In this document: piece after piece, positions 12,871-25,060 of the stretch | Position numbering within the stretch: the stretch's first letter is position 1 | Layout of the letters: every line of letters begins with the position of its first letter | Assembly (NCBI GenBank): GCA_951406725.2 | Contig: OX597819.1 | Location: 38,130,001-38,194,000, forward strand | DNA from: Octopus vulgaris | Taxonomy: Eukaryota | Length of the DNA stretch: 64,000 nucleotides | Direction: 5' to 3' | Program-made: the position numbers and the translations under genes | The notes under the pieces: generated by a model | What the model saw: the letters and a program-made list of their open reading frames with translations, nothing else | Databases searched by the model: none | What the model was told of the DNA's origin: nothing

Positions 12871-13206
12871 TGGAAAAAAAAGGTCAAGATAGAAAATGCT
12901 AAAATAATTTTATAAAATACATTTCAGTATCGGTTTCAGTCATTGAGACTTTTTCAACTGTAACAATTAAATAATTAAATTTAGAAAACTTAAAAGGAAA
13001 GTTTTTTTAAAAGAATATTTGTATAGTGTTCAAATACAAGTGGCATTTTCTTTTAAAAAATATTCTTTTAAAAAAATTTTCTTTCAATTTTTCTAAATTT
13101 AATTATTTAATTGTTACAGTTGAAAAAGTCTCAATGACTGAAACTGGTACTGAAATGTTTTTTATAAAATTATTTTAGCATTTTCTATCTTGACCTTTTT
13201 TTTCCA
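12871..13206. mobile_element. fold-back element, ~150-bp arms with ~37-bp spacer, inserted in (TA)n inside a SINE
   Basis: Near-perfect inverted arms tggaaaaaaaaggtcaagatagaaaatgc... / ...gcattttctatcttgacctttttttttcca. Each arm carries an HHR-like motif. Confidence 0.9.
13117..13152 (+). ncRNA. minimal hammerhead-like motif, U3-A8 core variant (mirror copy at 12925-12960, minus)
   Basis: cag TTGAAAA agtc tcaat gact GAAAC tg GTA ctg. Confidence 0.65.
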
Positions 13207-14564
13207 TATATATATATATATATCTCCCCTGGATGGGATGCCAGTCCATTGCAGGAATACCCATTTTTGCCAGCTAAGTAGACTGGAGCAACAAGAAATG
13301 AAGTGTTTTGCTCAAGAACACAGCACACCACCTGGTCCAGGAACTGAAACCACAATTTTACAATCCTGAGTTGAACACCCTAACCACTAAGCCACATGCC
13401 TCCACTTGTTACTGATATTGTATAATGATATTTTTAAAGAGAATTAATATAGCCATAGATGGTGAATTAGCATAATTAGGGCTTCGGCTGGATTACATTG
13501 TGGTACTCTTTTCATGTCTCTCTACTCTGACTTTATATACTGTCAAACTGAACCTTGCCTTTCATCCTTTTGAGAATGATAAATACAGTATCAGTCCTAT
13601 ACTGGGGTTGATTCCAGTAGCATAGCGAGTGTACAGGTAAGGTGGAAGTGCACCCTGGGTGGTGATTTTATGGGGACTGCTACTTTTGGATCTGCTATAT
13701 AAGTCTGTATAGGCTGGGGGTGTGGAAGGCAAACTCAAGTGCTACCCTAGGTTACACACAGTCCAGTTATGTTACTGTTGATTCTTCTTTCTCTAAAAAA
13801 ATTTAGCTGTGGTCAAATCTAGAGAGGGGTGGGCTCTGTTTGGCTTAAAAGTGCTCAAGACACGTATGTCATGATGTCATATCTACAACTCCATCAAGAG
13901 TTGAGATCCTAAGGCAAGACAAGATATATTCTAGTGAATCAATATTAAAATAGTATTGATACTGAAAGTTGACTCCGGCAGGATTTGAACTTGGAGTACA
14001 GAGAGTTGAAACTAAATATTGCATATTATTAAATCTGACTCTCATTTGTCTTTGCCAGCTCACTACTCTAATGTGTTCCACTAATTAACCCATTCATAAT
14101 TGCAAAGACTAGTATACCATATATTCAAAATGTATTGTATTTTTTTAAAACAAGACTATGATGATTTCATAAAATATATTTGGTTTAGGCATTAGATATA
14201 TTCCTCACCATTAAAAAGGGGATTAGATTACAGATTTTAACAAGAAATAATAATTTTTAAAGCTCTTATAAACTATTTGTCTTCTAGAAAGTAACCTGGA
14301 ACTTTTTATCATACTAGAATGATGAGGAGCAAATCTAAATTTTTGAGAGAGGGTGAACTGAAAACCCAAGTTGTGTCCTTAATGTTAGTATTCTTATCTA
14401 GTTGTTAGATGTTTCTTTAAAAGCTTGATACTGGTATGTGTAATGTCATTAAACAACAACACATCTTTGTGAAAGAAATATCTTCTTGAGTTCATGTAAA
14501 TGTATGAATTCACAACCACAGCACCTGAATACATACATACATACATATATATGTATATATATAT

Positions 14565-14828
14565 AACAATTGCAGCATGGAAAGTGTTTATAAGCCATTT
14601 AAGAAACACACAAAAGCCGTTCGATTCACTTCAACATTTAAGTTTAATTTGTCAAAATATTTTCGTCGCTAAAATCTGCGACCTGTTCACTGACAAAAAT
14701 CCGTGAACAGGTCGTGGATTTTAGCGCCAAAAATATTTTGACAAATTAAACTTAAATGTTGAAGTGAATCGAACAGCTTTTGTGTGTTTCTTAAATGGCT
14801 TATAAACACCTTCCATGCTGCAATTGTT
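14565..14828. mobile_element. fold-back element, ~126-bp arms with 12-bp spacer, next to (TA)n
   Basis: aacaattgcagcatggaaagtgtttataagcc...cctgttcac | tgacaaaaatcc | gtgaacagg...ccatgctgcaattgtt. Confidence 0.92.
14648..14697 (-). ncRNA. minimal hammerhead-like motif, G3-C8 core variant
   Basis: Minus strand: tttgtca GTGAACA g gtcgc agatttta gcgac GAAAA ta TTT tgacaaa. 7-bp stem I, 5-bp stem II, palindromic AAAATATTTT. Confidence 0.7.
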
Positions 14829-15070
14829 TTCGTTTCAGCACACGATCTCAGATCAAATTACTTGCTTTGCGAGTACATCTCCGTAATATATAAATATATA
14901 TATATATATATACGAGAAGTTGAGGTTATAAGAGATAATGGTGTCATTGAGACCCAAGGGTGTCAGGTAATGCTGAATAAGTGCTATAGACAGACCATAG
15001 TTAAGTTCCAGATTCGGTAATATTGTGAATAAAGGATTCAACGTTGGTTCTATGTCAGCGTGTGTATATA

Positions 15071-15241
15071 AGAATTTTTTGCATAATAAGATAATAAGAT
15101 ATGACTTAATTTTTCCTCTAACACCATCTCTGATGAAGGGATATTATTTATTAATATCCTAGAAACAGCTGTAAGACCTTCTGTCTATAAATGCTCTAAT
15201 ATCTATACAGCCTTGGTTTTTTATCTTATTACACAAAAAAT

Positions 15242-15244
<3 letters not shown>
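15071..15244 (+). mobile_element. short element with 24-bp terminal inverted repeats enclosing an HHR, flanked by TA repeats
   Basis: agaattttttgcataataagataa ... ttatcttattacacaaaaaattct. Confidence 0.75.
15127..15176 (+). ncRNA. type-I minimal hammerhead ribozyme
   Basis: tct CTGATGA agggatatta ttta ttaatatccta GAAAC AGCT GTA aga; palindromic ACAGCTGT in stem III. Confidence 0.8.
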
Positions 15245-15283
<39 letters not shown>

Positions 15284-15651
15284 CATTTATTTACACAGAA
15301 TTTTGAAAAGAGCTACTGATAGCTTCATGCTGTAGAGGTGCAGTAATTTTGTTGATTTATATAACATGCCATGTGTCTCCAAGCAATATTTTAGGCTCAG
15401 TGCATACCGTTAGATCTATTTGAAAACCAGGATGCTAGTCTCAGAGAGAACATGAGAAAAATCTGCAAAGAAATATACAAAGAAGGTTGATGCAAAAAGT
15501 AGAATGAGAGGAAAGAAAAAGAAGAAAACCAAAATTTTAGTCCTCTTTGTCTATAGAAATTATGATTAATCTAATTGGTGTAGAATGATATAAAAGAGAA
15601 GAGGTCAAAGTCTGCGAGGTATCAACTCAGTACAGGGAGGGTGGTGTCCTC

Positions 15652-16100
15652 TAATCTGACCATAAAAAATTGGTCCATGTCCTTGCATTTGCTAAAAATT
15701 TCAGATCTGGAATTAAGTAGTGTGGTGGAATACTTGGATCTAAAAAGAATGTGCAGTCTTTTAGTGACACATGACTTGCATCTCTTTTATCCATTTATAT
15801 ATGGTGTAGATTCCTCAACAATTCTCCACTCCATTGCATATAGTATGCAATTAGTCTTTAGATCCATTCATGATAAACCAACTCAGTGGCTTTATTTTTA
15901 TCAATGTGTTGGAAAGAAAACTGATGGTTTTTCTTAATGGCTTTTAAAATTGCCTTCACATAAACCAACATAAGTTTCCTTCTTTTGGCAATGTATATCA
16001 GTGAAAAATGTGAACATCACTGAAAAAATTGATAAACTGGTGTATTCGATCAAAAGCATTTAGCAGCATTTGGATCATTTAAGTTCCAGAGACACTCCCT
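15652..16100 (-). mobile_element. Penelope-like element, degenerate GIY-YIG endonuclease / C-terminus
   Basis: With frameshifts: ETYVGLCEGNFK / KNHQFSFQHIDKNKATELVYHEW / DLKTNCILYAMEWRIVEESTPYING*KRCKSCVTKRLHIL...LLNSRSEIFSKCKD. Matches the PLE pattern YIG-FK-NH-SF-TxL-W-LK-W-I-C-C-LN-RSE-KC. Confidence 0.8.
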
Positions 16101-16578
16101 TGTCACTCCCACTGTCATAAGTACAATGATCCAGTAATTATACCATTAGAAACCTGTAACCAACAATGCTATTATTCACAAAATGCAATATCAAATATAA
16201 ATATACAAATAAGTGGTTACTCCCAACTTAAGTAGTCAGAGGAGCATCCATCTTTAAGAAAACAATCACTCCAACAGAACAACAAAACCAACGGTAGAAA
16301 AATGAATATATTTATGGTTATATAATCCCATTATTGGTGATGGCTTGGTATTGACTCATCAATCAATATCGGAAAGTATGATAAGTGAAGTTAATAGGTT
16401 GATTTTTTAATTCTTTTTATTTTTACCATATGCACCCATCTGTATGTACAGAATTAGCTGTGCGGTCAAGAGGTTCATTTCATACAGCCATGTGGCTTTG
16501 AGTTCAAAGCCTAAGTTTGACCAATGATTTGGGAGCAGAACTTAGTATATGGAAACTGTGTGGAAGCTTGTCATAATG

Positions 16579-16611
<33 letters not shown>

Positions 16612-17397
16612 GCATCATCATCATCATCGTCGTCGTCGTCATCATCATCATCATTTTATTGTGCACTTTTCCGTGCTTACATTGTGTGGATGGAGTCTAT
16701 TGAGGTAGATTCTCTATGGCCAGATGCCCTTCCAGTCACAAACACACATATTTTCAAGCAAGGTAATATTTTCCCTTCATCAATAGTGAAAGCACATGAC
16801 TCTGTGGTTAGAGCATCAAGCTTACAGTCATGAGTTTATGAGTTCGATGTCTCAGACCAGGCTGTGTGTTGTTTTCTTGAGCAAGACACTATTTCACATT
16901 GCTCCAGTTCACTCAGCTGTATATGTGCATATGAGCTTTTGAGTTAGTGTATGTGTGTTTGTGTGTGTCTTTCACCGCTGTATGTCAGCAAAGGCTATAA
17001 ACATGGGTGAGAAATCCTAATAAAAAAAGTTGTTTGCAAATGAAATTCCCTAACATACTTGTTCAGCATCGAGTTACATACATGCCCTTAACATACTCTT
17101 TACAGGAAATGTAGTGAACCAGTGATTGGCCCATTCATTGCCTGTGATCTATAACACCATTGTTCACCAACAGTGATTTAAGCACTTCACTACTAACACT
17201 AACAGAATATAGTGTTAGTAATATGAAAACGAAATGTTTGGTAATAGAATTAATGAATGCTTACTCCAGTAGCACTACAGAGAACTACAACATTCTTAAT
17301 AAATCAGAAAAGATGTTCAACAAAAGCAAGATTCCATCAATATATCTCTTCCATCCACTATTCTTGGGAAGGTCATGTAAGAAGAGTCCACAGTATC

Positions 17398-17774
17398 TCT
17401 CTTTTACTCTTACTTGTTTCAGTCATTTGATTGTGGCCATGCTGGAGCACCGCCTTTAGTCGAGCAAATCGACCACAGGACTTTGTAAGCCTAGTACTTA
17501 TTTTATCAGTCTCTTTTGCTGAACCGCTAAGTTACGGGGACATGAACACACCAGCATCGGTTGTCAAGCGATGTTGGGAGGACAAACACACACACATATA
17601 TATACATATACACAACAGGCTTCTTTCAGTTTCCGTCTACCAAATCCACTCACAAGGCTTTGGTCGGCCTGAGGCTATAGTAGAAGACACTTGCCCAAAG
17701 TGCCACACAGTAGGACTGAACCCGGAACCATGTGGTTGGTAAGCAAGCTACTTACCACACAGCCACTCCTGTGC
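17398..17774 (-). mobile_element. tRNA-derived SINE family B (octopus OK/OR-type)
   Basis: Head GGCACAGGAGTGGCTGTGTGGTAAGTAGCTTGC...GGTTCAGTCC, internal microsatellite, tail CAATCAAATGACTGAAACAAGTAAGAG. Copies at 22695-23075, 45990-46385 and 11815-12195. Confidence 0.85.
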
Positions 17775-18235
17775 CTCCATAAGATCCTATCAGAAGCAAC
17801 TGGAATTAGATTTTCTGAATGGATTACCAGGTATTACCAAGTGAGACTATGGATATTATCCAATCATCTCATTCTTGGTCAACCCTTAGGTCTCTTGCTG
17901 GTTTGTTTGGCTTAAAGAAAACCAAACCTTGATCTGAAAATAATAGACCAAAATGAGCCTATTTTTATATATTGCCTTAGGGTAAGGAATAGGCCCAGTT
18001 ATTGAAATGTTGGGAAAAAATGCTTTGTTCTGGTTCTAAGTTCAAATCTCACTGAGGTCGGCATTGCCTGTCAGCCTTATGGGGTGGATAAACCTCTGTA
18101 AAGTGGTTGGCATTAGGAAGTGTATCCAGCTGTAGAAGCCAAGCCAAATCAGACTGGAACCTGGTGCAGTGCTCCAGCTTGCCAGCTCTGGTGAAATTGT
18201 CCAATCCATGCCAGCATGGAAAACAGACGTTAAAG

Positions 18236-18326
18236 GATGATAACGATGATGGTGATGATGACGATGACGATGATGATGATGATGGTGGTGGTGGTGGTGG
18301 TGGTAGTGGTGATGCTGTAGATAATG

Positions 18327-18358
<32 letters not shown>

Positions 18359-18450
18359 GATGATGAAGACGACGACGATGATGATGAGGATGAGGATGAT
18401 GATGATGATGATGATGATGAGGATGATGAGGAGGAGGAGGAGGAGGATAA
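18236..18450. repeat. compound (GAT)n/(GGT)n/(GAG)n microsatellite
   Basis: Read directly; an expanded SINE tail. Confidence 0.95.
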
Positions 18451-19011
18451 TAAAATTAAAGTGCCAGTGAAGAACTGAGGCTAATGAAACTGATTAACAC
18501 TCCTCTCCTTCCAGGACTGCTAGCCTTGGGTCTAAATTAGAAATAATTATTTATTCATTACCTTTAGGCTGATGTTGTAGCAGACACCACAAGACAGCAG
18601 CTTTCTTTTAAAACAATAAAGATCGAGAAGAGAAGTAAATACAAGCAAAGTGACCTAATAGCTGTTGCAACTATCTGAAAATTGCTTTTGTGAATAACTT
18701 TTAATTGCTGTAATTTACATTTCAAATATTCTTTTATCAGCATGGACTATTTTCTTTGTTAGCTGAATATTCTTCATCCATCTGTAACCCATATCCACAA
18801 TAACAAACTTCATTGTGTGTGTGTATGTATTCTTTTGTTTTCTGTTCTACTAAAGTGTAATAGCAGAAGGGTAAGACACAGAAGGTAAAAAAAAGTAGCT
18901 TCAGATAGAATGGGAAAGGTGAAAGGCATTGTTTTAGATAAGGTGGAGTGAAGAAAGAAAGCATATGACAAAAGAGTAGAAAGAAAACCTTCATTCATAT
19001 ACACATATATA

Positions 19012-19044
<33 letters not shown>

Positions 19045-20994
19045 GTATGTATGTATGTATGTATGTATAATTTCTTTCCATATGGAACAAAAAACATATA
19101 CTTAAAATCTAAACTTTTCTGACATGAGTTGGTTCCATTTACTTTTAATAGTTCAGTATTTAATATGATATGTATATGTATGTACAAGCATGTGTGTATA
19201 TGTGTGTGTACACACACATGCACTCACACACACAGACGCACACACATATGCACTCACACACACACACACACACACACATCATGAATTCACTTCTTCAGCA
19301 AGACACCTACTCCTCTCCCTCTGTCATAGATTCTCATTCCTCCTGTCTATATCCCACTCAGTTAAGGGGTTTTATTCGTGGATACTTGGTGACCTCACTG
19401 GTGCTGTTAGTGATTAGTGTTAGGAAGGGCATCCTGCTGTAGAAACCATGCCAAGGCAGATATAGAACTTGGCAGCGCCCTCTGGCTTGTTTGATCGTGT
19501 CAAGCCATTTGACCCATACCAGCATGGATAAATGGATGTTAAATGACGATGATGGCATCACTGTATCACTGCATCAGCCAGACTGTCAGATGTTGTTATA
19601 TACACCATTGGTCACATGCCAAATCAGGCTGGAGTCCGGTGCAGTTTCCCCAGCCTGCCAGCTCTTGTCAAACTGTCCAACCCATGCCAGCATGGACAAG
19701 GGATGTTAAATGATGATGATGATGTTTTCTTTCTTTTTTAGATTAAGTTATAAAAACAATTATAAAAATGAATTTCTAATTTTGACATTGAGTGTTCAGG
19801 TGTTGGATGAAATGAACTACTAATCTAATTAATATGTAAGTGGCTGAGTATCCCTTAATGTAGCTTTGAAGTCAAATCAACATTATACAGTGTGATAAGG
19901 CTGTACCTTTCAATTACAGGTACAATCTATTCGATAGGCTTCCTTACAATTTCCACCCACACAGTTTGGCTCACATGGCTTGGACTCGTCAAAAGCAGAC
20001 ACTTGCCTAAGATGCCATGCAGTGGAATTAAACTCAGAACTTTGTGATGCTTAGCCATGTAGCCATACAGCATCCATAGACACAAACATAAATTCACACA
20101 CAAACTCACGAATATCTATAATCATACATATTCTGAGGTACAAGTGTAGCTTTATGGTTAAGAAGCTTGTTTTGTAACCATGCGGTCTTGGGTTCAATTG
20201 CACTGTGTGGCACCTTGGGCAAGTGTCTTCTACTATAGCCCCAGACCAACCAAAGCCTTGGGAGTAGATTTGGTTGTCAGAATCTGGAAGGGACCTGTTA
20301 TTCATATATCTGGCACTCCATCCATTAGAATGATGAGGCTTCCAGTTGATCTGATCAAGGGAACTGCCTGTGAAATTAATGTGCAAGTGACTAAGGACTC
20401 CACAGATATGTGTACCCTTAATGTAGTTCTCAGGAAGATTCAGTGTGACACAGTGTGTGACAAGGTAGGCCCTTTGAAATAAAGGTACAGCTCATTTTTG
20501 CCAGCTGAGTGGACTGGAGTAATGTGAAATAAAGTGTCTTACTCGAGGAGACATGTCAGTGGGAATTGAACTCTGGACCTTACAATCATGAGCCAAATAT
20601 TCTAACCACAAAGCCACATGCCTTCACTGTTCATATATATAAATAGTTGTTAGCAAACAAAACCATCTATACAAGCAATGTCATTCATTTCCAGTCTTCT
20701 CTGAAAAACATATCTGGCCATGTGGAAATATCTCCCTTTGAAACAAGTGAGGGTTAGCAACAGGGAGAGTGGTGGTGGTGGTGGTCGTGGCAGTGGTGGT
20801 GGTAACAACGACAAGGATGATGGCAACAATGGTGGCAATGATGACAGCAAGGACAACAATTCTTAGTTGCCATTCAAGATTGTCAAACTAGGATGAGCAA
20901 CAAAAACCACTCAGACTCCAAACGTTGATGTGTGACAAATTGTTACATATGATAGAACATGACAAGATAGGCAATAATAATAGTAGTAGTAGTA

Positions 20995-21032
<38 letters not shown>

Positions 21033-21823
21033 TTCAAAGACAACAACAACAACAACAACAACACTCACTTTAAAATGGCCACACCTTAAAAAGAAGCCAT
21101 TTATGATTATAAATTCCATCTCTGCCAATTTTCAATTACACTTACTTTACAAATTTTTCAGTAACATCAAGTAATTCTTCAAATCAATGTAGTTATTCTA
21201 TATTCAAACCAATTCCTAGGTGCAGCATCAGCAATGTTGATGCAATGTTGTGTCTTAAGGAACTATTAAGAATGGCAATCTCCTAGTTGTTTATTTTGCC
21301 ATACTAAATAATTAAGAAAAATGTTAAGAAGCATAACATATATCAGTTATTTTTTATTTTTTATTTATGCAACAACACTTTGGAACCAACCTTATTCAGC
21401 TGTATTGTTGGTAATCCTTTTATTTATTATATAAGACATTGCATAGTTCTGCATTCATACATTTTGTTTATATATTATTGATTAATATTTCATAACTTCT
21501 TTTGACATAGTTTTGTTGTTAACCAATATCTCTGTCTTCCTCAGTATTCTTAGGGCAATATTTTTTAGACTACTTTGTTTCTCAGTTTTGATGATTCATC
21601 TCTCTCTACTGAATACTACAAAAATGTGAACTTAGTATACATTTGATTATTGTAGAGGACTGGAAATAATATCGAAAATGTAGGAAATCAAGTGAGATTG
21701 TTTTTGACATTTAGTTAGATGTACAGCTTCCCATGTCAAAACCTATTGAGAATAACTTTTACCTTTCATTTCTTCTCTATTGATATAATACTTCTGTTCT
21801 ACTGAGGAATTTTTAATAAAGTA

Positions 21824-21863
<40 letters not shown>

Positions 21864-21866
<3 letters not shown>

Positions 21867-22211
21867 AATTAAGGACTGAACACGAAAAGTGGACAGTCAA
21901 CATGCTAGATATAGACGTCAAATCGCCATTCACCACAAAAGATTATGTTCTCAGATCAAACTCAACACAAAACCATAGCAATAAACAAGTGAAAAATATA
22001 CGAAATAAAATAATTACCCATGTACTAATTAGTTTCAGCTGTTATTTTCCGCAAGGAAAACTGCAGCCATCATCAGCATGGTCCGTTATAAATGCAATTT
22101 GCTGGACTAGATGCAAACACGATACCGAAATATCGCGTGCATGGAGTTCAGCCTATTACATTTGAATATATCTTTCAAATGCCTTTACTTTGGCGCGTTG
22201 AAACCCGAGAA

Positions 22212-22215
<4 letters not shown>
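21864..22215 (-). mobile_element. ~350-bp HHR-bearing insertion between two (TA)n tracts (PLE pLTR-like)
   Basis: CpG-rich unique block bounded by long (TA)n on both sides, containing the HHR at 22018-22081. Confidence 0.65.
22018..22081 (-). ncRNA. type-I minimal hammerhead ribozyme
   Basis: Minus strand: ccatg CTGATGA t ggctg cagttttccttgcggaaaataa cagct GAAAC TAATTA GTA catgg; palindromic ACTAATTAGT. Confidence 0.85.
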
Positions 22216-22287
<72 letters not shown>

Positions 22288-22540
22288 CTCCCTATATTTG
22301 CCCACAAACTACCATCGCTTGACAACTGGTGTTGCTTTGTTTATGTTCTTGTAACTCAGCAGTTCAACAAAAGTGACCAATAGAATAAGTAGTAAACTTT
22401 AAAAATAAGTACTAGGGTTGATCTGCTTAATTAGAATCCTTCTAGGTGGTGCCTAGCATGGCCACTACACAGTGACTGAACCAAGTAAAAGAAGATACAT
22501 GCATACATACACACATCAAATATATATACATATATATAGT

Positions 22541-22574
<34 letters not shown>

Positions 22575-22694
22575 CCGGAGTAAATGCATAAATGTGAAAC
22601 AAGGTGGAAAAAAGAGTACTCAAATACCAGGGGTAGAGTAATATGCTTTATTTAAAAGCAGCAGAAATTCTGCTGCTTTTAAATAAAGTATATC

Positions 22695-23075
22695 TCTTTT
22701 ACTCTTTTACTTTTTTTTTAGTCGAGCAAATTGACCCCAGGACTTATTCTTTGTAAGCCTAGTACTTATTCTATCGGTCTCTTTTGCCGAACCGCTAAGT
22801 TACGGGGACCTAAACACACCAGCATCGGTTGTCAAGCGATGTTGGCGGGGACAAACACAGACACACAAACATATACACATACACATCTATACTTATATAT
22901 ATACATATATACGACGGGCTTCTTTCAGTTTCTGTCTACCAAATCCACTCACAAGGCTTTGGTCGGCCCGAGGCTATAGTAGAAGACACTTGCCCAAGGT
23001 GCCACGCAGTGGGACTGAACCCGGAACCATGTGGTTTGTAAGCAAGCTACTTACCACACAGCCACTCCTATGCCG
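22695..23075 (-). mobile_element. tRNA-derived SINE family B
   Basis: Homologous to 17398-17774; CpG-rich, so probably young. Confidence 0.85.
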
Positions 23076-23443
23076 ATTATATATAGCATAATGATGATGA
23101 TGATATATATATTATATGTGTGTGTGTGTGTGTATAAATGTGAAGGCGTGTGGCTTAGTGGTTTGGATAATCGGCTCACCATCATAAGGTCATGAGTTTA
23201 GACACTTTATTTCATGTTGCTCCAGTCCACTTAGCTGGCAAAAATGAGTAGTACCTGTAATTTAATGGGCTTGTCCTCTCACATTCTGTGTTATGCTGAA
23301 TCTCCCTGAGAACTACATTAAGAGTACACATGTCTGTGGAGTGCTCAGCCACTTGTATGTTAATTTCATGAACAGGCTGTCCAGTTGATTGGATCAACTG
23401 GAACCCTTGTCTTCATATTCGACAGTGCCAGTTTTCTCTATTA

Positions 23444-25060
23444 CTAGCAGGCATACCTGGCATTGCTTGGGATTAAGTAGCATAATTGGTGGGTCGTGAA
23501 ATCCTCCAATCATGATATTTCACTGTTTCTTGGTGGTAATTTCTCCCTTGCAAATATATGTGGTAGCCATCTGTTCGATATGGGAAAAACAATGGATACA
23601 TCAAACGATCATAGGATCGATGTAACTTTGAAATTCTCAATCCATCTTGTTTCAAATGAAGAACAATATCTCTATTTTCTGTAGGCTCATTTGACATAAA
23701 AATTACGACTTCAGTTCTTGTTGGTACATTAAATCACTAAGCATGTTCTCCCTTGGTATGTTTATTTTTCTGAAGTTGATGGTGAATTTGACCTTGGATT
23801 CTTACAGTTGGATTCCAACCTTGGACAGATGGATCTTTGTGACCAAAGTTGGTCATGACAAACAGAGGGTTGTACTTCTTGAGCCTTGACAAAAAGTGTT
23901 TGCTGAATTGACTTCCCCAGTGAACAGTTCTTGAAATAACTGAAGCAGAGGTGAAAATGGATCCAGTGTAACCTTTCCATTTCCACAGCACATTCCTGGT
24001 CATTCTCCAGTAAATTTCTTTGCACCACAGTGACAAAATTTGGTCATTTCTCCAATTGCAGCCTTGTTATTTCTGTCATACAATAATGCAGAACATTTAG
24101 CATTTTGAATCTCACATTGTCTTAAATTTTGATACTTGTTTCTATCAGCAATCAAACGTTGTTGTCTCTCTTCTTTAGACTCATTTCTTCTTGCAGCTAG
24201 ATGGCAAAATATATCTTGCTACTGTCTTTCTTGACAATCACCAAAGGTTTCATTTTGCTGAGACTCTGCCTCTGTCTTTGTCTAGAAAGTCGTTTATCAT
24301 AGCTTTCAGATTCATGATGAAACTTCATCCATTGTACATGTGGTGTATTTGCATAAATGGACTCTCTTTTCCATGGCATAATGGGTATCTGAAGAAAAAT
24401 TACTAAAAAGAAAATGTTAAAAAAGTTGAGGCATTCACTAATAACTTTTTCTGCATAATTCTAGTGATGTTTTGTCATAGATAAAATATGTAAATTTGCA
24501 GAATTTTTCTATAAAAGAGAGGTAACTTTGTTGTTTTACATTTAATTAATAGAAAAACCCTCTGATAATAGAGTTTTGAATACTTAAGTTATGGGCTTCC
24601 AAAACTTGCAATATAAGAGGGTTTAGCCCCTATTAGTGTGTCTTAATATTGTAGAAATTTGCTGATATTTTGGGAATAGGCATCATTTCTGTTCATTTAC
24701 CTATGGTTTAAATTTCATTTAAATCAATTGAAAAAAATTTTCAGTGGTGGGGGTGGGGGCTTTTACCCCACCAGAGACCTCTTTGATCAAAATGAAATAT
24801 ACTTATCTAAGTATGCTGGGTAACGTAGTTTCAGAATATATATGGTTGTGGAGGTCTATCTCCAAAACCCTAGAAAACTTTTAGTGCTGGGGTTTGTGCT
24901 TGCCCGGGGACCTCTTTGACCAAAATGAAATATACTTATCCAAGTACCCTAGGTAATGTAGTTTCAGAATATATATGGTTATGAGGAGTCTATCTCCAAA
25001 ACCCAAGGAGGAGTTCGATGACAAACAGACAGACAGAGGCTACAACTTTATATGTATAGA
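23444..25060 (-). mobile_element. internally deleted Helitron with both termini
   Basis: Minus strand A|TCTATACATATAAAGTTG ... CCCAAGCAATGCCAGG hairpin, CTAG|T. Rep fragments SKHFLSRLKKYNPLFVMTNFG..PTVRIQGQIHH and NVPTRTEV..RDIVL..LHRSYDRLMYPLFFPYRTDGYH. Contains a ~135-bp tandem duplication at 24738-25005. Confidence 0.88.

Noticed and set aside
14394-14526. Minus-strand open stretch after CAG (GAVVVNSYIYMNSRRYFFHKD...)
   Set aside because: The acceptor lies in a microsatellite, there is no recognisable homology, and no partner exons were found.
17405-17435. Family B SINE tail (A)GTCAAATGACTGAAACAAGTA resembles the 3' half of the U3-A8 HHR
   Set aside because: No upstream core or stem I; more simply a LINE-type 3' stem-loop.
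18107-18478. Highly acidic Asp/Glu ORF
   Set aside because: Expanded (GAT)n SINE tail.
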